Assembly: GCF_044704955.1 (NCBI RefSeq)
Contig: NW_027253150.1
Location: 186,001 to 250,000, forward strand
Length of the DNA stretch: 64,000 bases
From: Pristiophorus japonicus
Taxonomy: Eukaryota
Direction of reading: 5' to 3'
Position 1 is the first letter of the stretch. The number at the start of each line of letters is the position of its first letter. The notes beneath the pieces were generated by a model. The model had not been told where the DNA came from. It did not search any database and worked only from the letters and a program-made list of their open reading frames with translations. The position numbers were made by a program, and so were the translations under genes. Below are positions 1 to 12,779 of the stretch, piece after piece.

Positions 1-170
1 ACAATTTCCAGTGTCAGAAAGTTCAGTAACCAGAGGCACAGATTGAATGTGATTGGTAAATGAAGCAGATGCTACATGAGGGGACTAATGAAGCATCGAG
101 ATGTTCTGGCCTGGAACGCACTGCCTGTTAGGGTGGTGGAAGCAGATTCACTTGTAACTTTCGGAAGAGA
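1..170 (+). mobile_element. CR1 LINE 3' end fragment
   Basis: Degenerate CR1 ORF2 C-terminus (WNALP.RVVEADS motif), similar to the other CR1 3' ends in the window. Confidence 0.7.
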
Positions 171-189
171 TAAACATGAGTTTAAAAAA

Positions 190-836
190 CTTTCAGCGTT
201 ATGGGGCAAGAGTAGGACAGGAGTCCCCTGAGTGCATCTCGCTCGCTAACCGGTTTTCAGTTCTGGATACTGATGAGGGCGATGGTTTCTCTGGGGAGTA
301 CAGCCAGAGCCAAGTCCATGACACCGTGGGTGGCTCAGCTGCACAGGGCGGGGAGGAAGAAGAGTGGAAGAGCAATAGTGGGAGTGGATTTGACAGTTCG
401 GGGAACAAACAAGTGCTTCTGCAGGCACAGACATGATTCCAGGATGGTATGTTGCCTCCCTGGTGCCAGGGTCAAGGATGTCACTGAGTGGCTGCAGGAC
501 ATTGTTGAGGGGGGAGGATGAACATCCAGAGGTTGTGGTCCATATCGGGACCAATGACATCGGTAGAAAGAGGGATGAGATCCTGCAGGCAGTATTTAGG
601 GAGCGAGGAAAGAGATTAAAAAACAGGACCTCAAAGGTAGTAATGTTCGGATTACTCCCGGTGCCCCGTGCTGGTGAGTACAGAAATAAGAGGATAGAGC
701 AGATGAATGCATGGCTGGAGTTTGGTGCAGGAGGGAGGGCTTTAGATTCCTGAGGTATTGGGAGCGTTTCTGGGGGAGGGGAGACCAGTACAAGCCGGAC
801 AGGTTGCACCTCAACAGGACCGGACAATATCCTCAC
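190..836 (+). mobile_element. CR1 LINE ORF1 (SGNH esterase-like) fragment
   Basis: ORFs give VCCLPGARVKDV and VVVHIGTNDIGRKRDE, typical of CR1 ORF1; frameshifted. Confidence 0.85.
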
Positions 837-2417
837 TGGATAGAGAGAGAGGGGACAGTGTGGATAGAGAGAGGGGACGGTGTGGACAGAGAGAGGGGAC
901 GGTGTGGACAGAGAGAGGGGACAGTGTGGACAGAGAGAGGGGACAGTGTGGACAGAGAGGGGGGACAGTGTGGATAGAGAGAGGGGACAGTGTGGACAGA
1001 GAGAGGGGACAGTGTGGACAGAGAGAGGGGACAGTGTGGACAGAGAGAGGGGACAGTGTGGATAGAGAGAGGGGACAGTGTGGACAGAGAGAGGGGACGG
1101 TGTGGATAGAGAGAGGGGACGGTGTGGATAGAGAGAGGGGACGGTGTGGATAGAGAGAGGGGACAGTGTGGATAGAGAGAGGGGACAGTGTGGACAGAGA
1201 GAGAGGACAGTGTGGATAGAGAGAGGGGGGACAGTGTGGACAGAGAGGGGGGACAGTGTGGACAGAGAGGGGGCACAGTGTGGACAGAGAGAGGGGACAG
1301 TGTGGATAGAGAGAGGGGACAGTGTGGATAGAGAGAGGGGACAGTGTGGACAGAGAGAGGGGACAGTGTGGACAGAGAGAGGGGACAGTGTGGATAGAGA
1401 GAGGGGACAGTGTGGACAGAGAGAGGGGACAGTGTGGACAGAGAGGGGGGACAGTGTGGACAGAGAGGGGGGACAGTGTGGACAGAGAGGGGGGACAGTG
1501 TGGACAGAGAGAGGGGACAGTGTGGACAGAGAGGGGACGGTGTGGACAGAGAGAGGGGGGGACAGTGTGGACAGAGAGAGGGGGGGACAGTGTGGACAGA
1601 GAGAGGGGGGGGACAGTGTGGACAGAGAGAGGGGGGGACAGTGTGGACAGAGAGAGGGGGGGGACAGTGTGGACAGAGAGAGGGGGGGACAGTGTGGACA
1701 GAGAGAGGGGGGGACAGTGTGGACAGAGAGAGGGGGGGACAGTGTGGACAGAGAGAGGGGGGGACAGTGTGGACAGAGAGAGGGGGGGACAGTGTGGACA
1801 GAGAGAGGGGGGGACAGTGTGGACAGAGAGAGGGGGGGACAGTGTGGACAGAGAGAGGGGGGGACAGTGTGGACAGAGAGAGGGGGGGACAGTGTGGACA
1901 GAGAGAGGGGGGGACAGTGTGGACAGAGAGAGGGGGGGACAGTGTGGACAGAGAGAGGGGGGGACAGTGTGGACAGAGAGAGGGGGGGACAGTGTGGACA
2001 GAGAGAGGGGGGGACAGTGTGGATAGAGAGAGGGGACAGTGTGGAGAGAGAGAGGGGACAGTGTGGACAGAGAGAGGGGTCAGTGTGGATAGAGAGAGGG
2101 GACAGTGTGGACAGAAAGAGGGGACAGTGTGGACAGAGAGAGGGGTCAGTGCGGACAGAGAGAGGGGACAGTGTGGACAGAGAGAGGGGACAGTGTGGAT
2201 AGAGAGAGGGGACAGTGTGGACAGAGAGAGGGGACAGTGTGGACAGAAAGAGGGGGGACAGTGTGGACAGAGAGGGGGGCACAGTGTGGACAGAGAGAGG
2301 GGACAGTGCGGACAGAGAGAGGGGACAGTGTGGACAGAGAGAGGGGACAGTGTGGATAGAGAGAGGGGACAGTGTGGACAGAGAGAGGGGACAGTGTGGA
2401 CAGAGAGAGGGGACAGT
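837..2417. repeat. Purine-rich minisatellite, 22-26 bp unit (gtgtggacagagagaggggaca, variable G-run)
   Basis: Direct tandem repetition; explains the overlapping low-complexity ORFs. Confidence 0.97.
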
Positions 2418-2609
2418 AGGTATCGTGTTTGGAAGGCAGAGGAAACAAAAGCTAGAAAATAGACAATAAGGGAGTTTGGCAGCACTAAATGCCAGTGCCA
2501 GTGTATTTCAATGAGATCACCTCTCATTCGTCTAAACTCCAGAGAGTATAGGCCCATTCTACACAAACTCTCATCATAAGACAGCCCTCTCATCACAGGA
2601 ATCAATCTA

Positions 2610-3490
2610 GAAATACTTCAATGCCAATGCAAGGACTCTGGGGATTAAGGCAGATAAGCTGAGGACACAGACAGACATGTGGGGGTATGATATTGTAACT
2701 ATTAGTGAAACACGGCTAAAAGAACTGCAGGAATGGCAGCTCAACATTCCTGGTTACAGGGTTTTAAGACGAGATAGAGACAGGGATAAAAAAAGGAGAG
2801 CGCGTCGCAGTGTTGATTAAAGAAACAATTCCAGCTGTGGGGAGGGATGATATGTTCGAAGGATCATCAAATGAGGCCACATGGGAGAAGTGAAGAACAA
2901 AAAAGGGGCGATCACACTGCTGGGGATGTACTATAGACCTCCAAACAGTCAGAGGGAGACAGAAGAGCAAATATGTCGGCACATTTCTGATACGTGCAAA
3001 AATAATAGGGCAGTAATAGTCGGGGATTTAACTACCCAAATATTAACTGGGATAGAATTAGTATGAAAGATATAGAAGGAGCAGAATTCTTAAAATGCAT
3101 TCAGGAGAACGTTTTTAGCCATTACGTAGCAAGCCCAACAAGCGAGGGGGTGATTCTGGACTTAGGTTTAATGAATGAAGCTTGGGCAGGTGGAAGGGGT
3201 ATCAGTGGGAGAGTATTTTGGTGCTGGTGATCATAATTCAGTTAGATTTAGGGTAGTTATGGAAAAGGACAAAGATGGACCAGGAATAAAAGTTCTCAAT
3301 TGGGGTAAAGTTAATTTTACGAAGCAGAGATGTGATTTAACCAAAGTGGACTGGAAACAGCTACTTGAAGGTAAATTAGTGTCAGAGCAGTGGGAGACAT
3401 TCAAGGAGGAGATAGTGAGGGTTCAGAGCAAGTATGTTCCCTTAAGATAAAGGGTGGGACTAATAAATCTAGAGGCCCTTAGATGTCAAT
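2610..3490 (+). mobile_element. CR1 LINE ORF2 endonuclease fragment (probable continuation of 190-836)
   Basis: YYRPPNSQRE, AVIVGD, DHNSVRF and LNWGK motifs of the CR1 APE domain; stops and frameshifts. Confidence 0.85.
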
Positions 3491-3499
3491 ATTAGAATA

Positions 3500-4450
3500 T
3501 CAGAGATAGGAGCAGGAGTAGGTCATACGCCCCCTCGAGCCTGCTCTGCCTTTCAACAAGATCATCGCCCTCAACTCCACTTTTCCACCTGATCTCCATA
3601 TCCCTTGATTCCCCGAGAGTCCAAAAATCTATCTATCTCAGCCTTGAATAGACTGAGCATCCACAGCCCTCTGGGGCAGAGAATTCCAAAGATTCACAAC
3701 CCTCTGAGTGAAGAACTTTCTCATCTCTGTCTTAAATGACCTCCCCCTTATCTTGAGCCCCCGAGTTCTAGTCACTCCAGCCCGGGGGAATCGAGCTCCC
3801 AGCATCTATCCTGTCAATACCCTTCAGAATCTTGTATGTTTCGATGAGATCCCCTCTCATTCTTCTAAACTCCAGAGAGTATATGTCCATTCTACACAAT
3901 CTCTCATCGTAAGACAGCTCTCTCATCCCAGGAATCAATCTTGTGAACCTCCGTTGCACCATCTCCAAGGCAAGTATATCTTTCCTTAGATAAGGAGACC
4001 GAAACTGCCCAGTACTCCAGGTGTGGTCTCACCAAGGCCCTGTACAATTGCAGCAATAGATCCTGACTCTTATACTCCACCCCCTTACTGCTTGCTGTAC
4101 CTGCATGCTCGCTTTCTGTGTTTCTTGCACAAGGACACCCAAATCTCTCTCAACACCAACATTTAAAGTTTCTCACCATTTAAAAGATATTCTGTTTTTC
4201 TATTCTTCCTACCAAAGTGAATAACCTCACATTTCCCGACATTGTACTCAATCTGCCACCTTACTGCCCATTCACATCGTCTGTCTATATATCTTTGCAC
4301 TCTTGTGTTCTGCTCACAGCTTACTGTCTCACCGAGCTTTGTATCGTCAGCAAATATTACACTCGGTCCCTTTATCTAGGTCATTAATATAGATTGTAAA
4401 TAGCTGAGGCCCCAGCACTGATCCTTGCTGCACCCCACTAGTTACAGCCT
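3500..4450 (-). mobile_element. CR1 LINE 3' portion (RT C-terminus and 3' UTR)
   Basis: VQRRFTRLIPGMRELSYDERL...RMRGDLIETYKIL on the minus strand. Confidence 0.9.
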
Positions 4451-4600
4451 GCCGGAAGCCCCGCCCCTCACACACTCCAATTGGTTGGAGGACCAACCGC
4501 ACATTCGGTCTTCCAGCCCCGCATCGCTCTTCCTATTGGTGGGGAGCTGCCGTCAATCACCCGGGCAGTGTGAGCTGAGCATGTGCAGGCCCCGGGCCCA
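4451..4600 (+). promoter_or_regulatory. Recurring CCAAT/GC-box promoter-like module, copy 1
   Basis: CCGGAAG, CCGCCC, CCAAT and ATTGG motifs; homologous to 27988-28100 and 45019-45155. Function inferred. Confidence 0.5.
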
Positions 4601-7331
4601 GATATAAACCGGGGAACATTCTCCCCACACCGGGGGGGGGATATAAACCGGGGAACATTCTCCCCACACCGGGGGGGGATATAAACCGGGGAACATTCTC
4701 CCCACACCGGGGGGGGGGATATAAACCGGGGAACATTCTCCCCACACCGGGGGGGGGATATAAACCGGGGAACATTCTCCCCACACCGGGGGGGGGGGAT
4801 ATAAACCGGGGAACATTCTCCCCACACCGGGGGGGATATAAACCGGGGAACATTCTCCCCACACCGGGGGGGGGGGATATAAACCGGGGAACATTCTCCC
4901 CACACCGGGGGGGATATAAACCGGGGAACATTCTCCCCACACCGGGGGGGGGATATAAACCGGGGAACATTCTCCCCACACCGGGGGGGGGGATATAAAC
5001 CGGGGAACATTCTCCCCACACCGGGGGGGGGGATATAAACCGGGGAACATTCTCCCCACACCGGGGGGGTGGGATATAAACCGGGGAACATTCTCCCCAC
5101 ACCGGGGGGGGGGATATAAACCGGGGAACATTCTCCCCACACCGGGGGGGGGGATATAAACCGGGGAACATTCTCCCCACACCGGGGGGGGGGATATAAA
5201 CCGGGGAACATTCTCCCCACACCGGGGGAGATATAAACCGGGGAACATTCTCCCCACACCGGGGGGGATATAAACCGGGGAACATTCTCCCCACACCGGG
5301 GCGGGGGGGATATAAACCGGGGAACATTCTCCCCACAGCGGGGGGGATATAAACCGGGGAACATTCTCCCCACACCGGGGGGGGCGTTATAAACCGGGGA
5401 ACATTCTCCCCACACCGGGGGGGGGATATAAACCGGGGAACATTCTCCCCACACCGGGGGGGGGATATAAACCGGGGAACATTCTCCCCACACCGGGGGG
5501 GGGATATAAACCGGGGAACATTCTCCCCACACCGGGGGGAGGGGGGGGGTATAAACCGGGGAACATTCTCCCCACACCGTGGGGGGTGGGGGATATAAAC
5601 CGGGGAACATTCTCCCCACACCGTGGGGGGGGGGATATAAACCGGGGAACATTCTCCCCACACCGGGGGGGGGGATATAAACCGGGGAACATTCTCCCCA
5701 CACCGGGGGGGGATATAAACCGGGGAACATTCTCCCCACACCGGGGGGGATATAAACCGGGGAACATTCTCCCCACACCGGGGGGGGGGGGGGCGGATAT
5801 AAACCGGGGAACATGCTCCCCACACCGGGGGGGGGGATATAAACCGGGGAACATTCTCCCCACACCGGGGGGGGGGGATATAAACCGGAGAACATTCTAC
5901 CCACACCGGGGGGGGGATATAAACCGGGGAACATTCTCCCCACACCGGGGGGGGGGGGGGGGGGATATAAACCTGGGAACATTCTCCCCACACCGCGGGG
6001 GGGGGGGGGGGATATAAACCTGGGAACATTCTCCCCACACCGGGGGGAGGGATATAAACCGGGGAACATTCTCCCCACACCGGGGGGGGGGATATAAACC
6101 GGGGAACATTCTCCCCACACCGGGGGGGGATATAAACCGGGGAACATTCTCCCCACACCGGGGCGGGGGGGATATAAACCGGGGAACATTCTCCCCACAC
6201 CGGGGGGGATATAAACCGGGGAACATTCTCCCCACACCGGGGGGGGATATAAACCGGGGAACATTCTCCCCACACCGGGGGGGGATATAAACCGGGGAAC
6301 ATTCTCCCCACACCGGGGGGGGGGATATAAACCGGGGAACATTCTCCCCACACCGGGGGGAGGGATATAAACCGGGGAACATTCTCCCCACACCGGGGTG
6401 GGGGATATAAACCGGGGAACATTCTCCCCACACCGGGGGGGTATAAACCGGGGAACATTCTCCCCACACCGTGGGGGGTGGGGGATATAAACCGGGGAAC
6501 ATTCTCCCCACACCGGGGGGGGGGGGGGCGGATATAAACCGGGGAACATGCTCCCCACACCGGGGGGGGGGATATAAACCGGGGAACATTCTCCCCACAC
6601 CGGGGGGGGGGGATATAAACCGGGGAACATTCTCCCCACACCGGGGGGGGGGGATATAAACCGGAGAACATTCTCCCCACACCGCGGGGGGGGGGGGGGA
6701 TATAAACCTGGGAACATTCTCCCCACACCGGCGGGGGGGATATAAACCGGGGAACATTCTCCCCACACCGGCGGGGGGGATATAAACCGGGGAACATTCT
6801 CCCCACACCGGGGGGGGGGGGATATAAACCGGGGAACATTCTCCCCACACCGGGGGGGGGGGGATATAAACCGGGGAACATTCTCCCCACACCGGGGGGG
6901 GGGGGGATATAAACTGGGGAACATTCTCCCCACACCGGGGGATATAAACCGGGGAACATTCTCCCCACACCGGGGCGGGGGGGATATAAACCGGGGAACA
7001 TTCTCCCCACACCGGGGGGGGGGATATAAACCGGGGAACATTCTCCCCACACCAGGGGGCGGGGGGGATATAAACCGGGGAACATTCTCCCCACACCGGG
7101 GGGGGGGATATAAACCGGGGAACATTCTCCCCACACCGGGGGGGATATAAACCGGGGAACATTCTCCCCACACCGGGGGGGATATAAACCGGGGAACATT
7201 CTCCCCACACCGGGGGGGGGGGATATAAACCGGGGAACATTCTCCCCACACCGGGGGGGTGATATAAACCGGGGAACATTCTCCCCAAACCAGGGGGCGG
7301 GGGTGATATAAACCGGGGAACATTCTCCCCC
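4601..7331. repeat. Minisatellite, about 37-45 bp unit: atataaaccggggaacattctccccacacc plus G-run
   Basis: Highly homogeneous tandem array in which almost all variation is G-tract length. Confidence 0.98.
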
Positions 7332-7499
7332 TGCCTGCCGGGTCCTGGGTCCGCTCCAGCCCGAAGGAGCGGTCAGTGCATGCGCTGTGTCTGCGTCAAA
7401 CTCTCGGAGCGTCTGTAAATCAACGAGAAATAGTAATGGACCAGGGAGCGTCTGTAAACGAAGGAGCAATGGTGACTGAGCAGGGAGCGCCTGTAAAGA

Positions 7500-8170
7500 A
7501 TTCTAGAATCACAGAATATTGCAGCACAGAAGGGGGCCATTCGGCCCATCGACTGCGCCGATACTTTCGGGGAGCAATCCGGTTATCCCACTTCCCCCGA
7601 ACCTTTCCCCAAATCCCTGCAATATCATTCTGCTTCAAGTCTTTGTCCAGTTCACTTTTGAAGGCTACTATTGACTCTGTCTCCACCGCTCCGTCAGGCA
7701 GTGCATTCCAAACCCTAACCACTCCTTGTGGGAAAATGGTTTTCCTCATGTGACCTCTATTTTTGCCAATCGCATCAAATCTGTGCCCTCTGGTTATCAG
7801 CCGTTAGAAACAGTTTCTCTATTTAATCTATCTCAACTTCATGATTTTTAACACCTCTATCAAATCTCGTCTTAGCCTTCTCTGCCCCAAGGAGAACAAT
7901 CCCAGCTTCTCCAGTCTCCACATAAATGAACTTCCTCATCCCTGGCACCATTCCAGTAAATCTCTTCTGTCCCCTCTCCAAAGCCTTTGTGTCCTTCCTG
8001 AAGTGTGCCCAGAATTGGACCCAATCCTCCAGCTGGGGTCGAGCTAGTGTTTTATATCGCTTTAGCATAACTTCCCGGCTTTAGTATTCTGTGCCTCAAT
8101 TTATAAAGCCAGGATCCTTTACGCTTTATTAACAGCTTTGTTAACCTGTCCTGCGACCTTCAAAGATTAA
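7500..8170 (-). mobile_element. CR1 LINE 3' fragment
   Basis: RPQLEDWVQFWAHFRKD and VVRVWNALPDGAVE on the minus strand. Confidence 0.85.
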
Positions 8171-8199
8171 AATCTTTAAATATTTCAAAAAATGTAGCA

Positions 8200-8365
8200 G
8201 AAATGGAGAGTGGTGAGGGAGCGTCTGTAAAGGAAGGAGAAATGGAGAGTGGTCAGGGAGCGTCTGTAAAGGAAGGAGAAATGGAGAGTGGTCAGGGAGC
8301 GTCTGTAAAGGAAGGAGAAATGGAGAGTGGTCAGGGAGCGTCTGTAAAGGAAGGAGAAATGATGA
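8200..8365. repeat. 39-bp tandem repeat (ggagcgtctgtaaaggaaggagaaatggagagtggtcag), about 4 copies
   Basis: Direct tandem copies; related motifs at 7400-7500, about 10680 and 34235-34420. Confidence 0.9.
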
Positions 8366-8580
8366 CTGGGCACGAAGCTCAATTAAAAAATTCTCATCCT
8401 TGTTTTCAAATCCCTCCGTGGCCTCGCCCCTCCCTACCTCTGTAACCTCCTCCAGCCCTATAACCCTCCAGGATCTCTGGCATCCTGCACATTCCTGATT
8501 TTAATCTCACCACCATTGGTGGCTAGGCCCTAAGCTCCAGAATTCCCTCCTTAAACCTCTCCCTCCTCCTTTAAGACCCA
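8366..8580 (+). mobile_element. L2-like LINE 3' fragment, interrupted by CR1 and resuming near 10390-10470
   Basis: aaaattctcatccttgttttcaaatccctcc...ccagaattccctcc resembles fish/shark L2 3' ends (recognised from memory). Confidence 0.55.
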
Positions 8581-8582
8581 AA

Positions 8583-10390
8583 GAACATAAGAAATAGGAG
8601 CAGGAGTAGGCCATTTAGCCTCTCGAGCCTGCTCCGCCATTCAATAAGATCATGGCTCATCTGGTCATGGACTGAGCTCCACTTCCCTGCCCACTCCCCA
8701 TAACCCTTAATTCCCTTATTGTTCAAAAATCTGTCTATCTCCACCTTAAATATATTCAATGACACAGCCTCCACAGCTCTCTGGGGCAGAGAATTTCACA
8801 GATTAACAACCTTCTGAGAGAAGAAATTTCTCCCCATCTCAGTTCTAAATGGGCGGCCCCTTATTCTAAGACTATGTCCTCTAGTTTTATATTCCCCTAT
8901 GAGTGGATGCAAATATCCTCTCTGAATCCACCTTATCGAACCCCCTCATTATCTTATATGTTTCAACAAAATCCCATCTCATTCTTCTGAGCTCCAATGA
9001 GTATAGGCCCAACCTATTCAACCTATTTTCACCAGACAACCCCCTCATATCCGGAATCAACCTAGTGAACCTTCTCTGACAGCCTCCAATGCAAGTATAT
9101 CCCTCCTTAAATAAGCAGACTAAAACTGTATGCAGTACTCTAGGTGTGGCCTCACCAATACCCTGTACAGGTGTAGCAGGACTTCTCTGCTTTTATACTC
9201 CATTGCCCTTGCAATAAAGGCCAACATTCCATTTGCCTTCCTGATTACTTGCTGAACCTACATACTAACTTTATGTGTTTCTTGCACAAGGACCCCCAGG
9301 TCTCTCTGTACTGCAGCACTTTGCAATTTTTCTCCATTTAAATTATAATTTGCTTTTCTATTATTTCTGGCAAAGTGGATAATCTCACAGTTTCTCACAT
9401 TATACTCCATCTGCCAAATTTTTGCCCACTCACTGAGCCTTTGCAGATTTTTTGTGTCCTCCTCACAATTTGCTTTCCCACCCATCTTTGTATCATCAGC
9501 AAACTTGGCTACATTACACTCTGTCCCTTCATCCAAGTCATTACTATGGATTGTTAATAGTTGAGGACCCAGCACCGATCCCTGCGGCACTCCACTAGTC
9601 ACTGTTTGTCAACTGGAAAAAGACCCATTTATCCCGACTGTGCTTTTTGTTAGTTCGCCAATTCTCTATCCATGCTAATATATTGCCCCTAACCCAGTGA
9701 GCTTTTATCTTGTGCAGTAACCTCTCATGTGGCACCTTATCGAATGCCTTCTTGAAATCCAAATACACCACATCCACTGGTTTCCCCCTTATCCATCCTG
9801 CTCTTTACATCCTCAAAGAACTCTAGCAAATTTGTCAAACATGATTTCCCTTTCATAAAACCATGCTGACTCTGCTTGATTGAATCATGGTTTTCCAAAT
9901 GTCCCATTACTGCTTCCTTAATAATGGACTCCAACATTTTCCCAACGACAGATGTTAGGCTAACTGGTCGATAGTTTCCTGCTTTTTGTCTGCCTCCTTT
10001 TTTAAATAGGGGGCGTTACATTTGTGGTTTTCCAATCTGCTGGGACTGCAGCCAGGGAATTTTGGTAGATTAAAACCAATGCATCCACTCTGCAGCCATT
10101 TCTCTTAAGACCCTGGGATGGAAGGCATCAGGTCCAGGGGATTTGTCCACCTTTAGTCCCATTATTTTACCCAGTACCATCTCATTACTGATAGTGATTG
10201 TATTAAGTTCCTCTCTACCTATATCCCCTTGATTATCCACTATTGGGATGTTTTTAGTGTCTTCTACCGTGAAGACCGATACAAAATATTTGTTCAACGT
10301 CTCTGCCATTTCCCTGTTCTCCATTATTAATTCCCCAGTCTCATCCTCCAGGGGACCAACATTTACTTGAGCCACTCTTTTCCTTTTTAA
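8583..10390 (-). mobile_element. CR1 LINE, 5'-truncated (RT and 3' UTR)
   Basis: [50 protein letters not shown]; ttcttatgttct tail. Confidence 0.95.
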
Positions 10391-10489
10391 CTCTCTTTAA
10401 AATGTGCCTCTTTGACCATCGGTGTCAAATTCTATCTGATAATGCTCCTGTGAAGCACCAGGGGCCATTTTACAGAGTTATTTCACGGC

Positions 10490-10645
10490 TGAGATAGATA
10501 CATTTTTGGTGTTCGTCGAATCGAGCGATATGGAGATCGGGCGGGAAAGTGGAGTTGAGGTTGATGATCATTCATGATATTGAATGGTGGAGCAGGCTCG
10601 AGGGGCCATATGGCCTACTCCTGCTCATAACTCTTATGTTCTTCA
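10490..10645 (+). mobile_element. CR1 3' UTR fragment
   Basis: gaatggtggagcaggctcgaggggcc...ctcttatgttct matches the other CR1 tails. Confidence 0.8.
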
Positions 10646-10924
10646 AGGCGCTATATAAATGAAAGTTGTTGTTGTCTATAGAGGAAGGAGAAATGGTGAT
10701 GGGTCAGGGAGAGCATTTGATCAGAACTGGGAGATATGGCAGATGGACAGCTTAAAGGGAGCGATAGAGTGAGGGAAAGGAGAGAAAGAGAGAGAGAGAG
10801 AGACCATGTACACAAGAAATGAACTGTAAAGTTGGGTGGGGAAGAGGAGGTGGGGAAGTGACAGCAGACAAAAGGAGGCACAATGGGAGAAGGGAGAGTA
10901 ATAAAAGACATATAGAAAATAAAA

Positions 10925-11355
10925 AGACTTGCATTTATTTTGCACCTTTCACCACCACCAGATGCCCCAAAGCCCTTCACAGTCAATTAAGTTCTTTTTG
11001 AAGTGTAGTCTCTATCGTAATGTAGGAAACGCAGCAACCAATTTACAATGTGATAATGACCAGATAATCTGCTTTACTGATGTTGAGGGAAAATATTGGC
11101 CAGGACATCGGGGATAACTCCCCTGTTCTGCTTGAAATAGTGCAATGGGACCTTTTACGTCCACCTGAGGGAGCAGACGGGGCCTCGATTTAACATCTTA
11201 TCCAAAAGACAGCACCTCCGACAGGGCAGCAGTCCCTCAGCACTGCACTGGAGCATCAGCCGAGATTTTTGTGTTCATGTCTCTGGAGTGCGACATCAAC
11301 CCACAACCTTGTGACCCAGAGGCAAGTGTGTTACCCACTGAGTCACAGCTGACAC
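10925..11355 (-). mobile_element. tRNA-derived Deu-type SINE (SacSINE1-like)
   Basis: Same family as 28655-29085, 31410-31660 and 57900-58330; family name from memory. Confidence 0.75.
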
Positions 11356-11454
11356 AAATACTGACATAGTTACAGCAGGTTAGCTCAGTTGGAGATGTTA
11401 GATGATGCATTTATCAATGCTTAGATATTTTGTCTATTCCTCAAAATCATCTCA

Positions 11455-12750
11455 CGAACACCCTGTACAGTTGTAGCAAGACTTCTCTACTTTTATACTC
11501 CATTCCCCTTACAATAAAGGCCAACATTGCATTTGCCTTCCTGATTACTTGCTGTACCTGATGCTAACTTTTTGTGTTTCATGCACAAGGACCCCCAGAT
11601 CCCTCTGTACCGCAGCATTTTGTAGTCTCCATTTAAATAATAATTTGATTTTTATTCTTCCTACCAAAGTGCATAACCGCACATTTTCCCACATTATACT
11701 CCATCTGCCAAATTTTTGCCCACTCACTGAGCCTGTCCATAACCCTTTGTCTTTGTCTCCTCACAACTTGCTTTCCCACCTATCTTTGTATCAGCAGCAT
11801 ATTTGGCTGCAGTGCACTCCGTCCCTTCATCCAAGTCATTAATATAGATTGTAAATAGTTGAGGCCCCAGCACTGATCCCTGTGGCACCCCACTAGTTAC
11901 AGTTTGCCAAGCTGAAAATGACCCATTTATCTGTTTTTTCTGTTAGTTTGCCAATCCTACATCTATGTTAATATATTACCCCCAACCCTGTGAGCTCTTA
12001 TATTGTGCAGTAACCTTTTATCTGGCACCTTATCGAATGCCTTCTGGAAATGCAAATACACAACTGCTACTGGTTCCTCTTCATCCACCCTGCTCGTTAC
12101 ATCCTCAAAGAATTCCAGCAAATTTGTCAAACATGATTTCCCTTTCATAAAACCATGCCGTCTCTGCTTGACTATTATGATTTTCTAAATGTCCTGCTAC
12201 TATTTCCTTAATAATGGCCTCCAGCATTTTTCCAATGATAGATGTTAGGCTAACTGCTCTATAGTTTCCTGCTTTCTCTCTCCCTCCCTCCCTTGTTGAA
12301 TAGTGGTGTTACATTCGAGGTTTTCCAATCCACTGGGACCTTGCCAGAATCCAGGGAATTTTGGTAGATTACAACCAATCCATCCACTTTCTCTGCAGCC
12401 ACTTCTTTTAAGACCCTAGGGAGGTCCACATTTAGTCCCAATAGTTTGTCTAATACTTTTTCTCTTGTGATAGTGATTGTTTTAAGTTCCTCACTCCCTG
12501 TGACCCCTTCATTAATATTATTGGGGTGCTTTTAGTGTCTTCCACCGTGAAGACCACACAAAATATTTGTTTAAAGACTCTGCCATTTCCCTGTTTCTCA
12601 TTATTAATTCCCCATCTCATCCTCTAAGGGACCAATGTTTATTTTAGCTATCTCTTCCTTTTTATATACCTGTAGAAGCTCTGACTGTGTTTATATTTCT
12701 TGACAGTTTACTCTCAATCTATCTTCTCCCTCTTTATTATTTTTATTAAG
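11455..12750 (-). mobile_element. CR1 LINE ORF2 RT fragment
   Basis: KGKSCLTNLLEFFEDVT, FQKAFDKVP, QRDLGVLVHE. Confidence 0.92.
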
Positions 12751-12779
12751 TCAATACTTAAAACCACACAGCAGAAGGA

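Noticed and set aside
4601-7331. Unit (ttctccccacaccgggggggatataaaccg) resembles a type I-E CRISPR repeat (..TTCCCCGCGCCAGCGGGGATAAACCG)
   Set aside because: Units are contiguous with no unique spacers, there are no cas genes, and the context is vertebrate; treated as coincidence
246-7469. Long ORFs of 590-970 aa with CPHC or Pro-rich repeats
   Set aside because: Open in several frames only because the minisatellites lack stop codons; no evidence of coding
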